Shown here: in pieces, positions 1-8,336 of the stretch
Position numbering within the stretch: the stretch's first letter is position 1
Layout: every line of letters starts with the position of its first letter
Origin: Candidatus Fermentithermobacillaceae bacterium UBA3951
GTDB lineage: Bacteria; Bacillota; Sulfobacillia; Fermentithermobacillales; Fermentithermobacillaceae
DNA: 41,562 nt
Reading direction: 5' to 3'
Assembly: GCA_002385465.1 (NCBI GenBank)
Contig: DGDN01000029.1
Coordinates: forward strand, 2,444 to 44,005
Program-made: the position numbers and the translations under genes
Notes under the pieces: model-generated
Told to the model about the DNA's origin: nothing
The model's database searches: none
What the model saw: only the letters and a program-made list of their open reading frames with translations

Positions 1-403
1 TGGCGCCGAAGAAATCGGACGCTCTGCCGCCTCCAAACCGGTTCGAATACCACATGACACCGCCAACTGATAGGAACATGACAAGCACCATCATAGCCGC
101 GGTAACGGGTATCCACTGGCGATATCCCCACGATTTCACGTCTAACCGGAAGAAAACCCACTTCCGCTGCTTCTTCCGCTTCATATGGGGCCGGAGCCTT
201 TCCATAATCGAGGAGTGAAGATCGCCCGGAACCTCTACTTCCGGCAACGACCTAAGCGCATCTCTGACCTGCCTGAGTTCTGAAAGCGCAGCCTGGCATG
301 ATTCACAGCCGCTCAAGTGGTCGGCAACTTCCTTCATCTTATCCGGAGAAAGATCGCCGTCCAAATATGCGGAGAGGCGTTCCTGCATGTCCAGACAGAT
401 CAT
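1..403 (-). CDS. Zinc-binding (zf-HC2/ZAS) transmembrane anti-sigma factor, runs off the window edge
   Basis: Not in the ORF track. Own translation from ATG at 403: MICLDMQERLSAYLDGDLSPDKMKEVADHLSGCESC..., with an HxxxCxxC motif and a later hydrophobic helix (WIPVTAAMMVLVMFLSVGGVMW). Purine-rich RBS upstream; lies directly after the ECF sigma gene. Confidence 0.88.
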   Translation of the reverse strand, partial: MICLDMQERLSAYLDGDLSPDKMKEVADHLSGCESCQAALSELRQVRDALRSLPEVEVPGDLHSSIMERLRPHMKRKKQRKWVFFRLDVKSWGYRQWIPVTAAMMVLVMFLSVGGVMWYSNRFGGGRASDFFGA

Positions 404-429
404 CCTCTCTCCCACCTTTCGTCATGTTT

Positions 430-454
430 GACGGCGGGAGCCGAGAAATGTTCC
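430..454 (-). promoter_or_regulatory. ECF-type promoter GGAAC-N16-CGTC for the anti-sigma gene
   Basis: Minus strand reads TAA GGAAC atttctcggctcccgc CGTC aaa, matching the generic ECF -35 GGAAC / -10 CGTC with a 16-nt spacer. Confidence 0.6.
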
Positions 455-1018
455 TTAGCGTAGAAGTTTTCTGACCGCGTTTCTCGCCCTGTGAAGCCTT
501 GATTTTACGGTTCCAATTGAAAGCCCCAGCATGTCCGATATTTCCTGGTAAGAATATCCCTGAATATCGCAAAGAGTAATCACGACTCGGTGGTCGACCT
601 CAAGGTTCTTGAGCACCGAGTACACCGCCTCGCCGAGGGCACGCGTCTCAACTTCGGCTTCCACATCGCCGCTTTCATCCTCAACATCCCTGCTGACCGA
701 CGATTCCCTGAGGGAAAGCGGTTCGTCCAGGGAGTAAGCAGGGAATTTCTGCTTCTTCCTTAGATAGTCCAGGCTGGCGTTGACACATACCCTGTGAATC
801 CAGGTGGAGAACTTGCTCTCGCCTCTGAACCTTGGAAGCGCCTGGTAAGCCTTGAGAAAGACGTCTTGGACGATGTCCATTGCGTCCTCGCGGTCGTTCA
901 CAAGCCTGTAAGCCAGGCTGTAGACATTCCTCTCGTACCGGCTCACCAAGACCTCAAAAGCGTCGCCGTCTCCGCGTGACGCTTTGTCGACCAACACCTG
1001 TTCATCTGCAAAACCCAA
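455..1018 (-). CDS. ECF RNA polymerase sigma-70 factor (SigW/RpoE-like)
   Basis: Region 2 (DAMDIVQDVFLKAY, FSTWIHRVCVN) and region 4 HTH (SYQEISDMLGLSIGTVKSRLHRAR); 187 aa; paired with an anti-sigma gene. Confidence 0.93.
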   Translation of the reverse strand: MGFADEQVLVDKASRGDGDAFEVLVSRYERNVYSLAYRLVNDREDAMDIVQDVFLKAYQALPRFRGESKFSTWIHRVCVNASLDYLRKKQKFPAYSLDEPLSLRESSVSRDVEDESGDVEAEVETRALGEAVYSVLKNLEVDHRVVITLCDIQGYSYQEISDMLGLSIGTVKSRLHRARNAVRKLLR

Positions 1019-1165
1019 AAGGCACCCCCCCGGTCTCCCCTAAGTCCCCGGTCGAGCCACTACGCAAGCTCCGGGTAAGTCACTCCGCTCCCGGACACCT
1101 TCCTTCATCGTGCCGCGTCAGTCGTTCCTTCAGTCATTTCATACTTCTACTTCACATTCGTGGCG

Positions 1166-2983
1166 TTACCGGTCCTTCTCCTTCGCCGGTAGAAGACCAA
1201 GTTCAGCCAATCGCTCCGTGTCTACCTCCGCAGGTGCCTCGGTCATGAGGCATGCTGCGCTTGCCGTCTTCGGAAAGGCAATGACGTCCCTCAAGCTGTC
1301 CCCTCCGGCCAGGAGCATCACCATCCTGTCCAACCCGAAAGCGATCCCGCCGTGAGGCGGGGCGCCGTACTCAAAGGCGTCCAGGAGAAACCCAAAGCGT
1401 ACGCGCGCTTCTTCCTGGGACATACCCAATAGAGCAAAGACCTTCTCCTGGAGATATCTTCTGTGTATACGAATGGACCCTGAGGCAAGTTCCACGCCGT
1501 TCATAACAAGATCGTACATCCTCGCCCGGATCTTGCTCTTTTCCTCATCGGTGGCATCCGCCCGGACCATCTGTAGGTCCTCCTTAAGAGGACTGGTAAA
1601 GGGATGGTGGGCCGCTTCCCACCTACCGGTCTCCTCATTGATCTTAAGGAGCGGAAAAGCGGTGATCCACAGAAAGTTGTACCTGTCCTTGGGGATCATG
1701 CCAAGTTTGGCAGCAAGCTCAAGCCTGAGCCTACCGAGGACGGTCACCGTCGTATCGAAATCAGAGGCCACGATAAGGACCAAATCGCCTTCGGCGGCGT
1801 TCGTCTCCCTGGCCAGGCCGGAGATCTCCTCTTCGGAGAGGTACTTCTTGATCTGCGATTTCACCTCTCCTCCGAGATAGGCGACCGTAATAAGGCCCTT
1901 GGCCCCATGGAGCTTCGCCCTCTCGGTCAAACGCTCGATCTCCTGCCTGGAAGCCCCCGCCATACCGGGGACTGCGATGGCCCTCACGGTCCCTCCCTGG
2001 TCGATTGTCGACCGGAAAACTCCGAAGGACGAACCGGAAAAGACCTGCGTTACATCCTTGATCTCCATGCCGAACCGGGTATCGGGCTTATCTGAGCCAA
2101 AGCGCTCCATGGCCTCTTGGTAGGTGAGCCTCGGGAACGGAGTCTCAACCACGACTCCGAGCACTTCTCGCCAGACATAGGCGACCAGCCCTTCGACCTC
2201 TGCCCACACGTCTTCTTCGTCGGCAAAGGACATCTCAATGTCTATTTGCGTGAACTCCGGCTGCCTGTCGTACCGGAGGTCCTCATCGCGGAAACACTTT
2301 GCTATTTGGAAGTACCGGTCCATACCCGCAACCATGAAGAGCTGCTTGAAGAGCTGGGGCGACTGGGCAAGCGCGTAGAACTTGCCCTTATCTATCCTGG
2401 ACGGCACAAGGTAGTCCCGGGCGCCTTCAGGGGTGCTCCTGGTCATCACGGGCGTCTGGATGTCCCAGAATCCCCTGCTGGAAAGGTAATTCCTTACCGC
2501 CATGGACGTGCGGTGATAGGTCTCCATGGCCCGCTGGAGGGGAGCCCTCCGGAGGTCCAGATAACGGTACTTGAGGCGAAGCGCCTCGTCGGCACCCGCC
2601 TCATCCCATATGTAGAACGGCGGAGTCTTGGCGGTATTGAGGATGCGGATATCCGTCGCAGCAACCTCGATGGCCCCGGTCTTGAGTTCGGCGTTTTCCA
2701 TCCCCGGCGCCCTCTTCTGGACTTTCCCGCTCACTGCAAGGACATACTCTGATTTCACGTTCTCCGCTACCTCGAACGCGCCGGGAGAACTGCGGGAGTC
2801 GGTGACGATCTGTATGAGCCCCGTCCGGTCCCTGAGGTCTATAAATACAAGTTCCCCGAGGTCCCTCTTCCTGTTGACCCATCCCATGAGGACGACTTCC
2901 GACCCTACGTCCGATACAGCGACTTCTCCGCAATAGTGGCTCCTCTTAAGACCATCCATGTCGGAAAGCATGTCCTTAGCCAT
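1166..2983 (-). CDS. aspS: Aspartate--tRNA ligase
   Basis: RSHYCG, FIDLRD, YALAQSPQLFKQ, CFRDEDLR, AHHPFT, YGAPPHGGIAFGLDR. Start moved to the ATG at 2983 (GAGGAGG RBS, overlaps the hisS stop). Confidence 0.98.
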   Translation of the reverse strand: MAKDMLSDMDGLKRSHYCGEVAVSDVGSEVVLMGWVNRKRDLGELVFIDLRDRTGLIQIVTDSRSSPGAFEVAENVKSEYVLAVSGKVQKRAPGMENAELKTGAIEVAATDIRILNTAKTPPFYIWDEAGADEALRLKYRYLDLRRAPLQRAMETYHRTSMAVRNYLSSRGFWDIQTPVMTRSTPEGARDYLVPSRIDKGKFYALAQSPQLFKQLFMVAGMDRYFQIAKCFRDEDLRYDRQPEFTQIDIEMSFADEEDVWAEVEGLVAYVWREVLGVVVETPFPRLTYQEAMERFGSDKPDTRFGMEIKDVTQVFSGSSFGVFRSTIDQGGTVRAIAVPGMAGASRQEIERLTERAKLHGAKGLITVAYLGGEVKSQIKKYLSEEEISGLARETNAAEGDLVLIVASDFDTTVTVLGRLRLELAAKLGMIPKDRYNFLWITAFPLLKINEETGRWEAAHHPFTSPLKEDLQMVRADATDEEKSKIRARMYDLVMNGVELASGSIRIHRRYLQEKVFALLGMSQEEARVRFGFLLDAFEYGAPPHGGIAFGLDRMVMLLAGGDSLRDVIAFPKTASAACLMTEAPAEVDTERLAELGLLPAKEKDR

Positions 2984-4268
2984 TCTGACCGGCCTCCTCA
3001 ATACTCGCGAGTACCTCTCCGAGCGGCACTGTCTTCTGCCACCCTTCCCGCATAGACCTGACTGCTACAGAACCGCTTCTGAACTCATCTTCGCCCAGGA
3101 TGACGACAAAGCGTGCGTTCATCCTGTCGGCCTGCTTCATCTGGGCTTTCATGCTCCGCCGGAGGGGGTCGAAATCACAGGCCAAGCCTCTCTTGCGTAA
3201 GCTCCGTGCAAGCTCCAGAAGGTGCGCTTCGCGCCGCAAGTCATCTTCCTGCCCTCCCCCGGCTTTGGGGCATACGATGAATACGTCTATCTCTCCACCG
3301 GCTTTGATGGGCTTCTCGCCTTTCTCATTGGCCAGGAGCATCCGCTCAAGCCCCATGCCGAACCCGACGCCCGGGACCGGAGGGCCTCCCAGCTCTTCGA
3401 TAAGCCCGTCATACCTGCCGCCTCCGCATAAAGTACTGCCGGCGGGCCCGAGAGGGGGCCACTTCAGCTCAAAAACCGTCCTGGTGTAGTAGTCGATGCC
3501 TCGCACCAGGGATTTGTCGACGGAATACTTGATCCCGACCGAAGTCAATATCTCCCTAAGAAGATCCCAGTGTTCCCTACACTCATCGCACAAATAGTCG
3601 AGGGAAGCCGGCGCGTCTTTCACGAGGACTTTGCAGCGCTCGTTCTTGCAGTCCAGCGCTCTTAGGGGGTTGTGCGTCAACCTTGACCGGCAGTCCTGAC
3701 ACATCTCGTCGATATTGGGGGAGAGGTAGGCGATGAGCTCCTCCCTGTAAGCACCCCTGCATTTAGGACAGCCGATGGAGTTAAGCACCAGTTCAGTTCC
3801 GGTGAGCCCCAATTCCTCCGCAATATCCATGGCCAACGTGATGACTTCCACATCGGAATACGGAGACAGAGATCCGAATACCTCAACCCCGAACTGCCGG
3901 TGTTCGCGGTACCGTCCTGCCTGGGGCCTTTCGTACCTGAACATCGAACCGAGGTAGTAGAGTTTTCTCGGAAGAGGGCCGCTTGCCATCCCGTGCTCCA
4001 GAAAAGCCCGGGCCACACCTGCGGTGCCTTCGGGTCTCAAGGTGAGATCTCGTCCAGTTTTGTCTTTGAACGTGTACATTTCCTTTTCAACAATGTCGGT
4101 GGTCTCTCCGACCGTCCTGGAGAACAGCTCTGAATGCTCAAAGGTAGGGAGCCTTATCTCGTCGAAGTTGTACCTCCTGGCTACTTCGCGGACGATCCCT
4201 TCGAGATAAATCCACTTGGCGGATTCGGGTGGCAACACATCAGATGTGCCACGAGGCGACTTGATCAT
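2976..4268 (-). CDS. hisS: Histidine--tRNA ligase
   Basis: PRGT, LRPEGTAG, FRYERPQAGRYR, LVRGIDYY, GGGRYDGL. Start at ATG 4268 behind a GGAGGGA RBS. Confidence 0.98.
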   Translation of the reverse strand: MIKSPRGTSDVLPPESAKWIYLEGIVREVARRYNFDEIRLPTFEHSELFSRTVGETTDIVEKEMYTFKDKTGRDLTLRPEGTAGVARAFLEHGMASGPLPRKLYYLGSMFRYERPQAGRYREHRQFGVEVFGSLSPYSDVEVITLAMDIAEELGLTGTELVLNSIGCPKCRGAYREELIAYLSPNIDEMCQDCRSRLTHNPLRALDCKNERCKVLVKDAPASLDYLCDECREHWDLLREILTSVGIKYSVDKSLVRGIDYYTRTVFELKWPPLGPAGSTLCGGGRYDGLIEELGGPPVPGVGFGMGLERMLLANEKGEKPIKAGGEIDVFIVCPKAGGGQEDDLRREAHLLELARSLRKRGLACDFDPLRRSMKAQMKQADRMNARFVVILGEDEFRSGSVAVRSMREGWQKTVPLGEVLASIEEAGQNG

Positions 4269-4340
4269 GGTTTTCCCTCCATATACCGCCTGTCTCTTTG
4301 AGTGCATGTCCACACGTCTGTCCATATAGATTACCACGCT

Positions 4341-4949
4341 TTAGTCCATATATGGATTGGACGCTTTCTCTTCCCCGATGGTAGTGGAAGGGCCGTGGCC
4401 CGGATACACCACCGTGTCGTCAGGCAGCCGTCCCACCTTGACGAGGCTCTCCCGTATCGCTCTAGAATCGCCGCCCGGCAAATCGGTACGCCCGATACTG
4501 CCCATGAACAGGAGATCTCCCGAAAGGAGCACTCCGGGCGAGTAGAGACACACGCTACCGGGGGAATGGCCGGGCGTACTTATGACGCGAAAAGTGAGCT
4601 CGCCGGCACTTACGGTATCGCCGTCGGAAAGACCTTTGATCTCCTTAGGCGCAATGTACCCCGGGGGCATATACTCGGCCATCCATCCGGGATCTCTCAA
4701 GGCGGAAAGGTCATCTGCCCCGGTGTAGACAGGTGCACCTAAGGCTTCCTGCAGCGCCCCCGCCGCGATGTAGTGGTCAAAATGCCCGTGGGTCACGATG
4801 ATGGCGTTAACGCTTAGCCCTTTCTCTCGAATGACGGAGAGGATCTCGCCTGCGTCTTCGCCTGGGTCAACAACAAGGGAGTCCTTCCCCGAACTTACGA
4901 TGTAGCAATTGGTCCCGAGAGGCCCTACAGAGAGACAATGTACCTCCAT
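4341..4949 (-). CDS. MBL-fold metallo-hydrolase (glyoxalase II-like, YqgX/YcbL type)
   Basis: THGHFDH, TPGHSPGS, SGDLLF, GRTDLPGG, PGHG. Usual position after dtd. ATG 4949 preferred on RBS spacing. Confidence 0.93.
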   Translation of the reverse strand: MEVHCLSVGPLGTNCYIVSSGKDSLVVDPGEDAGEILSVIREKGLSVNAIIVTHGHFDHYIAAGALQEALGAPVYTGADDLSALRDPGWMAEYMPPGYIAPKEIKGLSDGDTVSAGELTFRVISTPGHSPGSVCLYSPGVLLSGDLLFMGSIGRTDLPGGDSRAIRESLVKVGRLPDDTVVYPGHGPSTTIGEEKASNPYMD

Positions 4950-5031
4950 GGTCAATACTCCTCCGCCGAAATCCCGAATCGTGCAATCCGTGTCAAAGTT
5001 CCAGGTAAAACCGAGATCCCTGTGAATCCTT

Positions 5032-5481
5032 TTAGAATTCCTTCTTACTCGATATCAAGATGGTGACCGGCCCGTCGTTTACGAGCTCCACCTGCATATA
5101 GGCCCCGAACACCCCCGTCCGGGTAGTGACGCCCAGGCGGTTTAGGGCTTCCGCGGTCAGGAGATAGAGCCGTTCTCCCAGTTCGGGCGCAGCCGCGCCG
5201 TCAAATCCCGGGCGCTTTCCCTTCTTTACGTCTCCGTACAGAGTGAACTGGGAGATGAGGAGGACCTCACCCCCTATGTCCAGTAATGATAAGTTCATCT
5301 TCCCTTCGGAATCAGGAAACACACGGAGACCGGCTATCTTCTCGGCCATGTAGTGAGCGTCTTTTTCAGTGTCTTCCTTTCCCACAGCGAGAAGCACCAT
5401 AGCCCCTTTTCCCTGAGAGGCAACTTCCTGTCCTCCGACCGAGACGCTTGCCTTTTTCACACGCTGGAATACGGCCCGCAC
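5032..5481 (-). CDS. dtd: D-aminoacyl-tRNA deacylase
   Basis: MRAVFQRV, SQFTL, NDGPVT; follows relA. Confidence 0.97.
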   Translation of the reverse strand: MRAVFQRVKKASVSVGGQEVASQGKGAMVLLAVGKEDTEKDAHYMAEKIAGLRVFPDSEGKMNLSLLDIGGEVLLISQFTLYGDVKKGKRPGFDGAAAPELGERLYLLTAEALNRLGVTTRTGVFGAYMQVELVNDGPVTILISSKKEF

Positions 5482-5513
5482 GCTAAACCCTCCCTCTAAG
5501 AGCCCTCAACCTC

Positions 5514-7691
5514 TCAGCGCACCCGTCCGAAGACCCGGTGTACCGAGCTTATCCCCTTTATTTGGCGAATCCGGTTTAGGATCTCTTGCAGTTCCTTGAG
5601 ATTATGTGTCTCAAAAACAATGGTTACTGTCGCCGAACCGTCGGGCTGTCCTCTTGCCGCCGCGCTCAAGATGTTGGCGCCGCTACCGGAGATCGTACCG
5701 GTGACGTCCGCAAAAAGGCCCGGGCGGTCGACTCCCTCTATCCAGATCTCTACCGGGTATGAAGCCTGGCCGGAAGCAGCCTGCGGATCGACCCACGAAG
5801 CTTCGATAAACCTTTCCTTATCCGCAAAACCCATAAGGCTCGGACAGTTCATCCGGTGTACCGACACACCGCGTCCTCTCGTTACGTACCCGATGATGGG
5901 GTCGCCGGGCACGGGGTTACAGCAGTGGGCGAGCCGCACCAGGATGTCCGACATTCCCTTTATCACAACCGCTTCCTCGGGACCCCGGGGCTTGCGCGGG
6001 ACGACTTTCTGAGGCTCCTCCTTCTGGGGGAGGAGTTCGGGCATCAGCCTCTGGGTCTCTTCCCTAAGCCTTGAGGCCACGTGGGTTGGACTTATTCCCC
6101 CGTAGGCGATAGCGGCGTAGAGGTTCTCTTTATCGGGATAGGTGAGCCGGTCCAAAACATTCTTCATGATGTCGGTACCCACGATCGCCGAAAGAGCCAA
6201 GCCGTGCTTGGCGAGCTCCCGCTCCAGGGCTGCCTCGCCACGCTCGATGTCCTCTTCCCTGAGCAGCTTCTTAAACCAGGCGCGTATCTTGGACCGGGCG
6301 GACGCGGTCTTCACGATATCGAGCCAGTCCAAACTCGGCCCGGCAGACTGCTTGCTGGTAAGGATCTCCACTATGTCGCCGGTTTCTAGCTTGTGGCTCA
6401 AGGGAACGATTTTACCGTTCACTTTCGCTCCGACGCAGCGGTTACCGATATCCGTGTGGATCCTGTACGCGAAGTCCAGCGGCGTTGAGCCTACAGGCAG
6501 ATTTATAACGTCGCTCTTCGGCGTGAACACGAAGACCTCGTCGTTGAATACGTCCACACGCAGGGCTTCCATGAACTCGCGGGCATCGGTCATCTCCCTC
6601 TGCCACTCGACAAGCTGTCTCAACCAGGACATTTTCTGCTCAAATACCTGGTCTTTGGCACGAGCCCCTTCCTTATAGCGCCAGTGGGCGGCGCTTCCGT
6701 ATTCCGCGGTCTGGTCCATCTCCCTGGTCCGTATCTGTACTTCGAATGGCTCGCCACGGGGCCCGACAACCGTTGTGTGGAGCGACTGATAGCCGTTTGG
6801 CTTAGGCATCGCGACATAATCCTTGAACCTGCCGGGAACCGGCTTCCACAAGGTGTGACACAGTCCGAGGACCTCATAACAGTCGTTCACCGTGTTCACG
6901 ACCACCCTCACGGCTATGAGGTCGTATATCTCCGATAGGTCTTTCCCTTCCCCCTTCATCTTCCTGTAAATGCTGTAAAGGTTCTTGGCGCGCCCCTGGA
7001 CCTCGGCCTCTATCCCTTCCTGGATCAGCCTCTCTTTCAGCCGTTCGATGACGACCCCTACGGCAGCTTCCCGTTCAACTCTGCGTGCTGCGATGCTCCT
7101 GGATAGGGACTTGTAGTCTTCCGGGTAAAGGTGCTTGAACGAGAGGTCTTCAAGTTCCCACTTGAGGCGCCAAATCCCCAGCCTATGGGCCAAAGGCGCA
7201 TATATGTCCAGCGTCTCCCTGGCAGTGGCTTTCTGCCGGTCAAGAGGCAACGGGTCGAGGGTCCGCAGGTTGTGCAGGCGGTCAGCCAGGCGGATGACTA
7301 CTACGCGCCAGTCCTCGGCCATGGCGAGGAACATCTTTCTGAGATTGGAAACCTGCTCCTCGAACCTTGAGCGGAATTCAATCCGCGAGAGTTTGGTGAC
7401 CCCGTCTACCAGCTTGGCGACTTCTTCCCCAAAGGAAGCCTTTATGTCATCCAGTTTGGTGGAAGTGTCTTCGACAACATCGTGAAGCATGGCAGCCGCC
7501 AGCGTCTCTGCATCACCCTGCAGCTCGACAAGGATGGACACTACTGCGAGCGGGTGGCAGATGTAGTCTTCGCCCGACAGTCTTTTTTGGCCTTCGTGAG
7601 CTTTGGATGCAAACTCATAGGCCCTCTCGATTAATGCCCATTCTTCGGGCGCAAGGTATGTGGGAGTAGGTTCCAGATTGAACGCTGCCAT
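5514..7691 (-). CDS. relA: Bifunctional (p)ppGpp synthetase/hydrolase Rel
   Basis: HDVVED hydrolase, ADRLHN, KPNGYQSLHT synthetase, TGS (TPLDFAYRIHT), CCNPVPGD, C-terminal ACT. Start at ATG 7691 behind an AAGGAG RBS. Confidence 0.97.
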   Translation of the reverse strand: MAAFNLEPTPTYLAPEEWALIERAYEFASKAHEGQKRLSGEDYICHPLAVVSILVELQGDAETLAAAMLHDVVEDTSTKLDDIKASFGEEVAKLVDGVTKLSRIEFRSRFEEQVSNLRKMFLAMAEDWRVVVIRLADRLHNLRTLDPLPLDRQKATARETLDIYAPLAHRLGIWRLKWELEDLSFKHLYPEDYKSLSRSIAARRVEREAAVGVVIERLKERLIQEGIEAEVQGRAKNLYSIYRKMKGEGKDLSEIYDLIAVRVVVNTVNDCYEVLGLCHTLWKPVPGRFKDYVAMPKPNGYQSLHTTVVGPRGEPFEVQIRTREMDQTAEYGSAAHWRYKEGARAKDQVFEQKMSWLRQLVEWQREMTDAREFMEALRVDVFNDEVFVFTPKSDVINLPVGSTPLDFAYRIHTDIGNRCVGAKVNGKIVPLSHKLETGDIVEILTSKQSAGPSLDWLDIVKTASARSKIRAWFKKLLREEDIERGEAALERELAKHGLALSAIVGTDIMKNVLDRLTYPDKENLYAAIAYGGISPTHVASRLREETQRLMPELLPQKEEPQKVVPRKPRGPEEAVVIKGMSDILVRLAHCCNPVPGDPIIGYVTRGRGVSVHRMNCPSLMGFADKERFIEASWVDPQAASGQASYPVEIWIEGVDRPGLFADVTGTISGSGANILSAAARGQPDGSATVTIVFETHNLKELQEILNRIRQIKGISSVHRVFGRVR

Positions 7692-7787
7692 GGACGCTCC
7701 TTCAATATGGAAAAGCGACACGTCGGTCCCGTCGGACACCTGATGTCGCTCTTCAAAATCCAGTGTCTAAGAGTCCGGGTGCGAAAG

Positions 7788-8324
7788 CTACTCCTTGAGC
7801 TTAAGGACCGAGAGCACTTTGAAGCCCTTGCCCTCAAGATTAGCCCTGCCCGGTATGTAAGTCAATTCAATGAGAAATGCGGTCGCTGCGACGATTCCTC
7901 CCAGACGCTCCACCATGTCGATGCAGGCGTTTACGGTCCCGCCAGTAGCCAGAAGGTCGTCCATTACAAGCACTCTCTGGCCGGGCTTCACCGCGTCTTC
8001 GTGCATCTCCAGGACATCCATACCGTACTCAAGCTGGTATTCACCCTGGATGGTCTTGTAAGGGAGCTTGCCCTTTTTCCTTACGGGAGCAAACGGCTTG
8101 CCCATTGCGTAGGCGAGGGCGCTGGCCACTATAAAGCCGCGAGATTCAGGCGCCACTATGATGTCGAAATCTACTTTCTCGCACTCTGCCTTGAGAGCGT
8201 CGATTCCCAAACGGAAGACACGTGAATCCGCAAGAAGCGGGGTGATGTCTTTGAAACTGATCCCCTTGACCGGGAAATCAGGTATTACCCGCAGTTTTCT
8301 TTCAAGTTCCGAAGCAACATCCAT
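7788..8324 (-). CDS. apt: Adenine phosphoribosyltransferase
   Basis: PDFPVKGISFKDIT, ESRGF, VRKKGKLP, YQLEYG, DDLLATGGT. Confidence 0.97.
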   Translation of the reverse strand: MDVASELERKLRVIPDFPVKGISFKDITPLLADSRVFRLGIDALKAECEKVDFDIIVAPESRGFIVASALAYAMGKPFAPVRKKGKLPYKTIQGEYQLEYGMDVLEMHEDAVKPGQRVLVMDDLLATGGTVNACIDMVERLGGIVAATAFLIELTYIPGRANLEGKGFKVLSVLKLKE

Positions 8325-8336
8325 ACGCTGTCACCC

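Noticed and set aside
1019-1165. 6S RNA downstream of aspS, as in Bacillus
   Set aside because: The gap is only 147 bp and I could not see the long self-complementary rod with a central bubble.
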